Source: Octopus bimaculoides
Lineage: Eukaryota
Assembly (NCBI RefSeq): GCF_001194135.2
Contig: NC_068997.1
Location: 51,541,119 to 51,580,964 of the forward strand
Direction of reading: 5' to 3'
Length of the DNA stretch: 39,846 nt
This document shows, piece by piece, positions 11,213-22,239 of this stretch. The translations under genes were made by a program, and so were the position numbers. The notes under the pieces are model-generated. The model worked only from the letters and a program-made list of their open reading frames with translations. It ran no database searches and was not told the DNA's origin. The number at the start of each line of letters is the position of its first letter. Position 1 is the stretch's first letter.

Positions 11213-11882
11213 ATTGGAAATATTTTGACATTGCGGTCTCGGTAACATTTGCCGAGCGATTTGATTTCCTGAAAAAAAAACAAAAAACATCCAGCCTCTT
11301 AAGATTCTACAAAGAAAAAAAGCCTAAAGTACTGGTAAGTCGTGGGACTTGCCTAAACATTATGAAATTAGAGTAAAGTCAGAAACATCGTATTTTCGGT
11401 GTTTGTAGGGTTTTGTTTTATGCAATTTTGACTTCTTAAACACCCACCTCTAACCTGAAGGTTGCTACAGCAACATAGTTACATAGTTGGAATGCTACAA
11501 TCCTTTATGGCTGTTAACCAGTGTCTTTTAGTACAGGAAAATTGTAGCACCCATCTAGAAACTTATGCTTCACTCTTGATACATTAACTCAGAATATTAT
11601 ACAATAGACCATTTCTAAGTATGACATTAAGTAGCTATCTGACGTTAAGTAACAATAGAAAATAATGAACGCGAAATAATAGTAACTCAGCCTATTATAT
11701 ATATGTCAACAAATTAAGACACATATCCTAGTGAAACGTAATTCCGTAGAATTTAAAATGTGTGAAAAAATGCTGTCGTTACTTTTGTCATAAAGTAAAA
11801 TCATTTATTCTTCAGATTTTCGATTAACTTCATATACCACCGTAGTTGTTAGCACAAAATCCACATACGTCGTTCGTTACGA

Positions 11883-11927
<45 letters not shown>

Positions 11928-12924
11928 TGGCACTGATTGTATATTTGTGCATGTCTTTGGCAACGATGGAAACCTCTACATATTAATTACATATATAATA
12001 GCCATACACAAACGAAAGACTCCGAAATAAATTTCACATATATTCTATACAACACAGACACCCCACTTCCCTACACACATTCACACACATATGCGTTACA
12101 CATATGCATATATATGTATATATATGCACATATATACATGGATGTGTGTGTATAAGTATATANNNNNNNNNNNNNNNNNNNNNNNNNNNNNNNNNNNNNN
12201 NNNNNNNNNNNNNNNNNNNNNNNNNNNNNNNNNNNNNNNNNNNNNNNNNNNNNNNNNNNNNNNNNNNNNNNNNNNNNNNNNNNNNNNNNNNNNNNNNNNN
12301 NNNNNNNNNNNNNNNNNNNNNNNNNNNNNNNNNNNNNNNNNNNNNNNNNNNNNNNNNNNNNNNNNNNNNNNNNNNNNNNNNNNNNNNNNNNNNNNNNNNN
12401 NNNNNNNNNNNNNNNNNNNNNNNNNNNNNNNNNNNNNNNNNNNNNNNNNNNNNNNNNNTATATATATATATATATATATTACACTTAAAAATATATCTAT
12501 GTGCATATACTTATTTATGCATATATATAATATGTGCGTGTCTGTTCAAATATTCAAAGTGTATATTCAGTATAGAGCTAAGTGTGTATGTGTGTATGTG
12601 AGTGTGTGTGTGCATGTGTGCATGCATGTATGTATCACAGCGTAGAGATCTCCAGCTGGAATATGCGAAGAGAGCACAAATGTAAACGAAAAACTGAAGA
12701 GAACGCGATTAGGGTTCGATGTGTTTGTCGTGTATGGATTCCAGTCCAAAATGCTGATCGAAGTTGACAGGCTGATATCGCTCTTTGCATTTTAGGATAT
12801 ATATACGATGCTAATACACTTCTGTTATTCCTGAATTCTATAAGCGAATAACAACATCTCTGTATTTATCGTATTTTACATTTGCATATAACCGCACATA
12901 TTCATGGGAGTGTTTGTGTGTCTA

Positions 12925-12960
<36 letters not shown>

Positions 12961-13473
12961 TATATGTGTGTGTGTGTGTATAAATATATATGTATACATA
13001 CATTTATGCATACATAATTATGCATATATATACACAAACACGCACACATACTTATAAATATATATGTGTGCGTATCTTATTGACATTGAATGTTATACGG
13101 CTTGAATTGTACGCCACAGCTATATACATACATAGACACACACACACACACTCATAGAGGACTCGTTAAACTTATTAGTCTATATTTTCTGTTATCCTAG
13201 ATGACTAAAAGGAATTATCAGTAAATAAATATACGCCGCCAAGACACTGTATATTTATTTATCCATAACTCACTCTGTATTGGGACTTTGGTGAAAAGAA
13301 TTATATAAATGTTTGAGTATTAAACAGACCGAACATGGATGGGAAATCTTGGTTTCAGAATATTCGTTGAAATATAGGACTCGTTACATAAGAATTATAT
13401 AATGATGGACCAATTATTTGTGTAGAAATATATGCATACACACACACATGCACATATATACACGTATGTATGA

Positions 13474-13507
<34 letters not shown>

Positions 13508-13847
13508 TCTGATTGAATCTTTCATTTGTTAACACGAACCTCCTTATGACAATGTAAAATTTCATTTGATCAAGATATCCTCGGCCTGAAGAATAGCCTG
13601 CGGTGTACACCTCGTTTAGATATTTACAACGTCTGAAACATATGTAGCCCGGATTTTGTCTTCTCCATTCCTTAACTGTTGTATTCTTATCCGCACACCT
13701 GGCAACCATGGTCGCCTACCGTGAAATACATAAAGAACTTTTTTCAGTTTCTCGTACTTCAATCCGAAAAAAAATCCATAACTCGTCTCTGGCTGTCTAG
13801 TCCTGGCTAAGNNNNNNNNNNNNNNNNNNNNNNNNNNNNNNNNNNNN

Positions 13848-14390
13848 CATACACTGGAGGCTATGCCAACACTATGGCATAACAATACAAAAAAAAATGG
13901 TATAAGCACACGCCAGAAAAGGTCACAGAAAACGAGAAAGCAACCATGCTCTGGGATATGCCAATACACACAGATAGAGAAATTAAGGCCAATAGGCCAG
14001 ATATAATTGTCAGAGATCATGAAGAAAAAATGCTTTCTAATTGATGTAGGAATACCAACAGATGACAACGTTTCTCTAAAAGAAATGGAGAAACTTTCAA
14101 AATACAAAGACCTGGAAACAGTGGTAACTCGAATGTGGAATCTAAAAACAGAAACAATTCCTATCATACTAGGCGCATTAGGTATGATAAAAAATTATTC
14201 AGACAAATACATAACAAAAACATTAGGACTAACAAATATATACAACATACAGAAAATAGCACTACTAGGCACTGCGCACGTCCTACGTAAAACACCTTCA
14301 ATACAGTAACCATAAGAACATCACAGCAAACCACAGCACATACCCAAGGCACACAAAAATAAGACTACTGGTTAATATTAATAATAATAA
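13848..14390 (+). mobile_element. RLE-type (R4/Dong-like) 3' end with 3' UTR and (TAA)n tail
   Basis: LWDMPIHTDREIKANRPDIIVRDHEEKKCFLIDVGIPTDDNVSLKEMEKLSKYKDLE..MWNLKTETIPIILGALGMI..IQKIALLGTAHVLRK. Stop at 14309; (TAA)4 at 14379-14390. Confidence 0.92.
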
Positions 14391-14410
14391 TGCTAACAAT
14401 ATAATATTAC

Positions 14411-14825
14411 TGACCTTACTATTGAAGCAAGAAGACCAGATTACAAAGGACGAAATATACAAAGAGTGTAAGGTCATAGATTGTTGCAATTTCCTGTGAT
14501 AGCAGAGTCGATACAAAGTAATTGGGAAAAAATGAGGAAGATCAGAACCGATCCAGAAAGCTGAGGAGACTGTGGAAGACCAAGGCCACAATTATTACTG
14601 TAATAATTGGTGCACTTGGCACCACACCCAATATGCTATGTAAAAGACTGAAAGAGTTTGGATCTGAAATTCGCATTGTCGACCAGCAGAAAAATACCAT
14701 TCTTTACTCTGCAGGAAGATGCTTGAAGAAGATGCGTGAGGAAAACCTTCAGGAAAATGCATGAGATTTCCACTTTACTTGTCACTAATCTTCAAGATAA
14801 AAATCCCTGCTAATTAAATTAGCAT
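14411..14825 (+). mobile_element. Another, more decayed RLE-type 3' fragment (different subfamily)
   Basis: IEARRPD..KECKVID..KLRRLWKTKATIITVIIGALGTTP..QKNTILYSAG. Begins just after the TAA-rich tail of the previous element. Confidence 0.8.
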
Positions 14826-14836
14826 GGGCAAGTGGT

Positions 14837-14976
14837 AAGTCAATTGCATCGACCGAAGTTCTTAGCTGGTGCTTACTTTATCGTCCCCGAGAGGATGAAA
14901 GACAAAGTTGACCACGGTGGAATTTGAACTCAGAACGTAAAGCATTTTGCTAACAATTCTGTCAGCTCGCCACCTT
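14837..14976 (-). mobile_element. SINE family A, partial and diverged
   Basis: Reverse complement of the family A head and body (taaggtggcgagctgacagaattgttagc..gttctgagttcaaattccaccg). Confidence 0.85.
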
Positions 14977-15033
14977 ATGTACCAGCTTAATAATAATAAT
15001 AATGAATATTGTTATTATTTCTAATTTTGGTTT

Positions 15034-15253
15034 GGGCGGTGAGCTGGTAGAATCGTTAGCACGCTAGGAAAAATGCTGCTAAGCATTTTGTCCGTCTTTA
15101 TGTTCTGAGTTCAAATTCCGCCGAGGTTGACTTTGCCTTTCATCCTTTCGGAGTCGATAAAACAAGTACGGGAGACGAACACTTGAGTCGATGTAACGAC
15201 TAGTCCCCTCCCCCAAAATGTCAGGTCTTGTGCCTTTAGTAGAAAGGATTATT
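15034..15253 (+). mobile_element. SINE family A variant with alternative 3' tail
   Basis: Family A head and B-box, then tail gactagtcccctcccccaaaat..gtgcctttagtagaaaggattatt. The same tail type is seen reversed at 23688-23779. Confidence 0.88.
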
Positions 15254-15354
15254 TCTAATTTTAGTAGAAAAGAACGCAGCCATTTTAAGTGAGGGTAGAT
15301 AGTGTCTACTATTTGATTGGTATTTAATGTTATTGGCCTTGGAAAGATGAAGGC

Positions 15355-15960
15355 AAAATTGCACATTTAATTAGATGTTAGCAGCGAACATGCAGTATTT
15401 ATAACAAGTTAGACACATCAGAATTACAGCACTTTACTAGATGCTGGTAGCAGGTGCTGCACATTTGATGCGCTTTATCCATTAAAAATACTGCACATTT
15501 AACGAGATGTATGTGTTTTGCACATTTCATAAGAGATATGCATCATAGATGCAGCTTACCTAATGTGATGCAAGCTGTACATAAATTGCACATCTATCAA
15601 AATGTATGTGCCCTACACACTTAAAAAGATACAGACAACAGTGGTACTGTAATGAGATGTAGACATGAGAAATACTGCACATTTAACAGGATGAATACGA
15701 GAGAGATGATGCATATCATGCGTGTTGTAAACATCAGAAAATTACATATCTAACAAGATGTAGGTATGTGATATCTTGCACACACAACGAGATGCAGGCA
15801 ACGGTGTGTGGCTCAATTAGTGAAATCTAAGCATCAAGAAACTGCTCATCGAAGCAGATGAAGATGTGCTGAACTTTTAACAAGAGATGTTGCACAGTTA
15901 ACGATATTCAAGCAACAATGGTGGTGTACATATGAGACTTAAGCATGAGAGCCAGCGTAT
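15355..15960. repeat. Degenerate tandem array
   Basis: Recurrent TGCACATTTAAC(A/G)AGATG-like motif (e.g. near 15360, 15491, 15676), irregularly spaced. Confidence 0.6.
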
Positions 15961-16111
15961 ACTTAAAGGACATTCATCAAACCTACAGTTTCGTGGAGCA
16001 TATAAGCACTTCGTCACTTACATTGCTAGCGGCAGGCAATCACTGCCACTTCTGCTGTCAGGACTACCACATCACGTGATTTCCGCCTTCTTTGACCTTC
16101 TTTAATCGTAG

Positions 16112-16260
16112 ATACCCGACTGTTGGTAATAGCAGTAATTACTCCACCAGTGATGTGCATAGAATCACAGAGCCCAATCAGGCACTGGTGTCGCTAAAAG
16201 CCAGTGGGCTTATTAAAGTGCTTGTATGCAACACAAAACCATATGAGAGTTTTTCTCATG
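16112..16260 (+). CDS. Candidate coding exon (149 nt) of unidentified gene
   Basis: Acceptor ttctttgaccttctttaatcgtAG, donor GTAAAT. Open frame YPTVGNSSNYSTSDVHRITEPNQALVSLKASGLIKVLVCNTKPYESFSH (phase 2 to 1). Confidence 0.45.
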
Positions 16261-16788
16261 GTAAATAGTGCAGTATTGTGTACTCTAGCGCAACATCTAC
16301 TTTTATAAAAGTAAGTGGTAAGTTTCTTACTAGCAAACTCTGAGATTTAGTTTCATTTCTTAGTTGATAACAATTCATTTCTTCTAAAATGTCCTGGAAA
16401 AAGTCAAATAAACGGCTTAGTTCTCAATTCCGCCTATCCTAAGTCTATAAAGCAGCATTAGTAATTATTTATTGAAAAATATATGAAGAAAACGACGCAC
16501 TAATCTCTATATTTGCACGCTTGCAAATAAAAGTGCAAAAAAATTGAAGCCAGCTATTTAGCTTTCAAAATACTTAAATATACATAAAACATCTTTTCAA
16601 GACTTTTAATATTTTTTATGAAACCTAAATTTTCTTGGTCAAATTTGCTAAAACTTTCAATATTCGAAAGTGTTATTGCTAGTCTTTTTTTATTATATAA
16701 TTTTGATGTAATATCAAACATTCTTAAAGTTTCTCCAAAATCCCATGAAAAACTTTTCATGAGAACATTTCAAGTATTTGCGTATTAG

Positions 16789-16829
16789 ATCGTCTGCTAT
16801 CCAAATGTATACATGGCGTCGACATTGAA
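16789..16829 (+). CDS. Candidate coding exon (41 nt)
   Basis: Acceptor tatttgcgtattAG, donor GTGAGT. Reads (D)RLLSKCIHGVDIE (phase 1 to 0), which fits both neighbouring exons. Confidence 0.45.
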
Positions 16830-17053
16830 GTGAGTCTTTGAAGACTAATCTTTCTCATAATGTATTATTTGGAATTCATAATCCGTACTAATATTTTATT
16901 AGACATCTAATCTCTTCCGTTCTTTCACCCATTGGTAAAAAAAAAAGGAAAAACAGCATTAATGAAAATTTTTTCATCATTTATGACATATAGGTAGTTA
17001 TAGTATATTTATTGTGTTATCTTTTATCATCAATTTTTGTATTACTTTTGCAG

Positions 17054-17206
17054 ATAACTAACAGTTTTCTGAATACCACCATTTTGGATTTTGATGTTGG
17101 TTTATTAATTCCTTGCAATATATATACTTCAGAGTTAAAGACTGCAATCGGGTTTCGATTCCCAGTTGAATCTACAATGATAGTTTCAAATTTTGAATCG
17201 GTGAAG
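17054..17206 (+). CDS. Candidate coding exon (153 nt)
   Basis: Acceptor tttttgtattacttttgcAG, donor GTAAAA. Only phase 0 is open: ITNSFLNTTILDFDVGLLIPCNIYTSELKTAIGFRFPVESTMIVSNFESVK. The frame stays open to 17317, so it could instead be a terminal exon. Confidence 0.5.
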
Positions 17207-17312
17207 GTAAAAATTTCACTATTCTCTGAGGTTTTCCAGTCAATACCGATAGAACGATCCAGGCTAATCGATCACACACAATCATTAAAGGCAGGGAAGA
17301 AAATACTTAGAG

Positions 17313-17860
17313 CTTAACTGATGTGTTCCCACTGATAAAAATATATCTGTAAAGGAATTCGACATTACGTAAATATAAGGACCCAGAAATTAAAATACAT
17401 CTTAAAGCGAGAACTGTTCCTATTATTGTGGGTGCCCTATGTATGATAAGAAAGGGATGGCAAAAACAAGTAGATAATATCCCAGGAGAACCATGTCTCA
17501 GAGAAATCCAAAAGACTGTGCAAACAAGTACTGCCCACGTCCTCAAAAACACCCTTTCAATTTAAATGTTTCTGTTATATTACATATTTCGCTACTGCCC
17601 CTATTACTTCCCCTCCCCATGTTTTCAGTCAGACTGTAATATCTACTTCTGCTCCTGATCAGGGATGCACATAGCGTCAGCCACTAAAGGACATGCTCAA
17701 ATGGTGAATGTCAAGCAACTGACAAGCAAATCTGTGGTATTGAGATGAATATTTGCTGTAGGCCTTCTTTTATACCTAGAGAAAACATGTACATGATAAC
17801 ACTTCCAATCAGTTAAGATCAGAGGCCAAGAGAGTCTGTGCCTGGTACTGCATCAGGTCA
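17313..17860 (+). mobile_element. RLE-type (R4/Dong-like) 3' end plus long 3' UTR
   Basis: PTDKNISVKEF..KYKD.EI..RTVPIIVGALCMIRKG..IPGEPCLREIQKTVQTSTAHVLKNTLSI*. The following UTR-like sequence is partly repeated at 19690-19795. Confidence 0.8.
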
Positions 17861-17876
17861 TTCATTATTATTATTA

Positions 17877-18134
17877 TATCATAGACGTCGCACTGTATAC
17901 AATATCGTGAGCTTGTTGATTGAAGATATTGTGTCTACAGGGGGTTTGTACTGTTTGTCAAGTCACAACAAGGACCCCAGGCAGACAGTACTTTACGCAA
18001 TATGCGTGCAGTTCCAAGTAATACCGACTTTTGCAATACATCTAGACTGTAGAGTATCTCTAAGGTTTTCAGATTGGCTCGTATTAAACCCAATGTTCTG
18101 AAGACAATAGGGATAACATTTATGTTCGACTCTC

Positions 18135-18135
<1 letters not shown>
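17877..18135 (-). mobile_element. 5'-truncated RLE-type element bounded by (TAA)n on both sides
   Basis: INVIPIVFRTLGLIRANLKTLEILYSLDVLQKSVLLGTARILRKVLS. Flanked by (TTA)4 at 17865-17876 and about 14 TAT units at 18136-18177. Confidence 0.85.
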
Positions 18136-18177
<42 letters not shown>

Positions 18178-18589
18178 CATTTCACTATATTTTTCTTCCA
18201 GAAGTAAATAACTACTTGTTTGTTACTTCACTAAATGAGAGATCAATAATTTATTATTAACCTGTCGAGTTAGCAAGATAATAATATTTACAAGTATTTC
18301 AAGACAGAGCCACACAGCGCTTCGGTTCCAGAGAGAGGAGAGCGAAAGAGAAATGACGTAATCGGAATTGTGTTTACCGTCTAGAGCTTGGTTAAGGTCT
18401 TTTATTATTGGTTTTTCAAGAGTTTTATAAAATTTAATGATGTAGACAAGAGTGGGAGGTCAAAGTGAAATACAACAATGGTAGAAAAAGCAGCAGGTGA
18501 AAGACAGAAACATTACTGAGGTAGCAGTTCTCATATGAAATATTAATCAACGTAATCATAAATATTTGTACCACACCAAACTGTATACT

Positions 18590-18599
18590 ATACACGTGT

Positions 18600-18639
<40 letters not shown>

Positions 18640-19095
18640 ACTTCTATATGTACGTGCATATGTAGTATATATATACACATACGTATACATATATATGCAC
18701 ACACACACACACATATATATACACACATATATATATACACACACACATATATATATACATATAAGTGTATATATATACATGTGTTTATATATATATGTAT
18801 TTATATATATGTGTTTATATATATATGTATATATATATATATATATATGAATGTATTCATGGTGTTCTTATTCATGATGTGTATATGCATATATGCAAGT
18901 ACATATATATATTTAAATACATGTATATATATGTGTGTGTGTGTGTATGTGTAAATATACTCATACGCATACACACGTTTACGCATGTATATTTATGTAT
19001 GTATGTATCCCTCTCTCCCTCTATATGTACGTCTAAACATATTTACTTTATGAGTATGTATATACTTATATATATGCATACGCATTTATATATAC

Positions 19096-19155
<60 letters not shown>
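18590..19155. repeat. Compound TG/CA/TA microsatellite block
   Basis: Directly visible alternating purine-pyrimidine runs. Confidence 0.95.
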
Positions 19156-19158
<3 letters not shown>

Positions 19159-19462
19159 TTATTTGTGAGCATTATCAGAGTGTGTGAGTCATTTTGTATG
19201 TGTGTCTATGTGTATGTGTGCTTGAATAAGTACGGATATATGTACACCTGTATATGTCTAAGTATGTTTGTGTACACAACTGGCTTATAAATCGATTTTG
19301 AAGATTTTAAAGTTTCTAAAATAAGAATTCTCTTATTGAAACAAACAAATGTAGAAATCTTAGAATATTGCATGATTTCTAGATAATCTTCGATTTTAAA
19401 CTCACCAAGTTTTGGTTATAAACCTGGGTATATATGCAGCAAAGCGTGTGCGTGTATATTAT

Positions 19463-19625
19463 TTTTTTATTCTATTATTTGTTTTAGTCATTTGACTGCG
19501 GTCATACTGGAGCACTGCTATTTAGTGGAACAAATTCGACCCCAGGATTTATTCTTTGTAAGCCTAGTACTGGTTCTATCGATGTCTTTTGCCGAACCGC
19601 TAGCTTACGGGGACGTAAACACACC
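19463..19625 (-). mobile_element. SINE family B, 3' part
   Basis: gtcatttgactgcggtcatactggagcac..ttctttgtaagcctagtac..tacggggacgtaaacacacc, as in 7519-7680. Confidence 0.88.
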
Positions 19626-19865
19626 GCTTAAAACGTCCCTGAGTAAGGGTTGTATAAAGATGGTGGACGAAACACCCAGGTTTCCAGAGATGAATTATTC
19701 AAACCTGAAAGAATTCCTCTCAGCACATGATTATGATGCTCCCCCACTACTCTTGCTCATGATCAGAAATACAAAAATCATCAGCCACTAAGGGGTCAAA
19801 AGGAACACATCTTTACAATTTATTTTCTTTCATTTCACGGTATTTCATACAGCATATTTTTATAG

Positions 19866-19895
19866 TTACGACGACCTTCACGTGTTTCTGCTGCA
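19866..19895 (+). CDS. Candidate 30-nt symmetric exon
   Basis: Acceptor atattttttatAG, donor GTGAGT. All three frames are open (LRRPSRVSAA, YDDLHVFLL or TTTFTCFCC). Confidence 0.42.
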
Positions 19896-20421
19896 GTGAG
19901 TATGAACATCTGCGTATGTAACCGGGCATAATTTTCTGTGCAACTTAGTTCAGGGTCTTTCAACCACTACGGCTCGAAGCGAACGGAATCCCGTTAATTG
20001 ATTAGTGGTCAGGGTTCACAATTAAACGAGGTTAGTTTGAATATGAAATCCGATATGGCTGTACAATTTTATCGTTGACCTCTGCTTCACACCAGTTACT
20101 GGCCGATGTCCGGATTCTATCTAATTAAATGCATTTTATTTATTTAAGCCAAGAAAACATTCATAACCTGTTACTCAGTTTCACATCAGCGTTCATCACC
20201 CAATTGTGTTATAAAAATACGGACTAGTTTGTATTATCACAAATGCCAGATGGATACTTACGTAAAAACTCTGAGCGGCAGTTTGTAACGGTTTATTTCA
20301 GCTCCAATTAAAGAGTATCTTATTCTCCCTTCGGATTGGAGTACGACTTTTTCCATCTTCTTTTGCACATATTTGCTTAGTTGAGTGCACACTTCGATTA
20401 AAATTACTAGTCTATTGACAG

Positions 20422-20514
20422 ATATACGAGTGCATTTTCCCTGACATATGGACTCTTAGACGACTTATACCCCACCAACACACACAACCGTGCCAATAAA
20501 CTGAGCATGATCCT
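20422..20514 (+). CDS. Candidate 93-nt symmetric exon
   Basis: Acceptor tctattgacAG, donor GTAAAT. Phase-2 frame reads YTSAFSLTYGLLDDLYPTNTHNRANKLSMI. Confidence 0.28.
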
Positions 20515-20781
20515 GTAAATCGAAAAGCCTCCCTACCTGAGGTTACCGTCGTCTTTTCCGGAGGCATTTCTTTCTACGGATAAACCTAATCTTGCTTTTT
20601 ACGTTTTTAAAATTCTTCTGTGATACACGATCCCTTTTGATCGTTTTCTTTTTCCCGATCCCTTTTAATCGGAATTTTACTTTTTTTCCTCATTTTCCCC
20701 CCTTTACTTTTCCGAAAAGAAAAGCTCTAAAATATATTTGTCCCCTCTGTGGCCAATAAAAGATAACTAACTATCTATCTA

Positions 20782-20817
<36 letters not shown>

Positions 20818-21132
20818 ACTGTGACTATTGCCTTTTACAAAATTAGCGTCTGTACCTAAAACTGTAAAAATATTATCGAATAGGGTACAGAATAAAAATA
20901 CTGTTTACCCAATCATATACATATAAGTACACATATATAAATATAATGTTACCAAATATATTTTCCAGTTAACTTTTATCGATTGCTCTCTCAAGAGATT
21001 TCATTCTCTTCTGTCTTCCTTCCTTTCTTTCACTTTTATTTCCCTCGTTCACTTATTCTTTCCTTCATTTTTCTATCCATCACGTGTTGTTAGTCTTCCT
21101 TCTTTTCTGTTTTTCTCTTTATATCAGGGACA

Positions 21133-21164
<32 letters not shown>

Positions 21165-21231
21165 GCAAATACAGAAAGACCACAACAAATGCAACAATAC
21201 TGAAGAGTATACGTTGCAGCATAGATAACAA

Positions 21232-21262
<31 letters not shown>

Positions 21263-22239
21263 NNNNNNNNNNNNNNNNNNNNNNNNNNNNNNNNNNNNNN
21301 NNNNNNNNNNNNNNNNNNNNNNNNNNNNNNNNNNNNNNNNNNNNNNNNNNNNNNNNNNNNNNTATATTCTGTATGTAGAATAAGTGGGGAAAATCAGAAT
21401 AAGTTCTATATAATCAACACAGAGTAATGCTTAAATGGACAGGAACTTCATCTCTCACTTTCCAGGCCCAATCAGCCCTTTCGCCCATCGAAAATGACTA
21501 CTATCGTAATAAGGTAGAAAAAGACAATTAGGTTTCAGAAATGTATATGTAGCATAAGATACAAATTACAAAGAGAAACAAAAGTATGCAAAGCCTTATA
21601 TTTATGTTTGTATGTATCTATCTCTCTATGTGTCTGTATTTGTGCGTGCGTGTGTATGTTGTAATGACATCCAGAAAAAGTTCTTCGGTTTTTGGTAGCA
21701 CGGCTCAGGTATCGAACTCATTTCACTGCATATCGTAGATTTGGGGCTACTTGACAAAATTCGTCTAATTCCCATAACTGTTTTGGTGAAAAACAATTTT
21801 TATACATTCCATTATGTGACTTAATTTACAGAACTTAAACTAATTTACATATTTTTGATGGCTTGACAACAGTTAAGAAATTCCTATTCTACAGACACAG
21901 CATCACCATTATGCAAATTAGGTCATTCTGAGTGGGTGATGATACATTTTCGATATGGTTATATGTTGTTATTTTCTCCATCTTTTAAGCATCATGACAG
22001 CGATTTCGGTGATCTGTGACGAGAACTTTAAAGTATTTGAAAGTTTGCAGACAGTTTCATACTCATGCCGAGCCGCGTTTTTGAGAATTTGAAGAATATT
22101 TCACGAGTTCAGTCCCTCCAGAAGACAACCCTTCTTATGTTATAAATATATTATACGTTGTAATGTCTGATAATGATGTTTGCAGACATCCGAAAACTGT
22201 TTAGACTGTATGGGGGGAGTAATTCGTTCAGATGGAACA

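Noticed and set aside
20261-20440. Minus-strand exon candidate GKCTRISVNRLVILIEVCTQ..KLPLRVFT with a GTAAGT donor, plus similar minus candidates near 16022-16193 and 32237-32273
   Set aside because: Acceptors are weak, the 16.0-kb one has a stop just before its donor, and they form no convincing chain. The plus-strand set has better splice sites, but these are not formally excluded.
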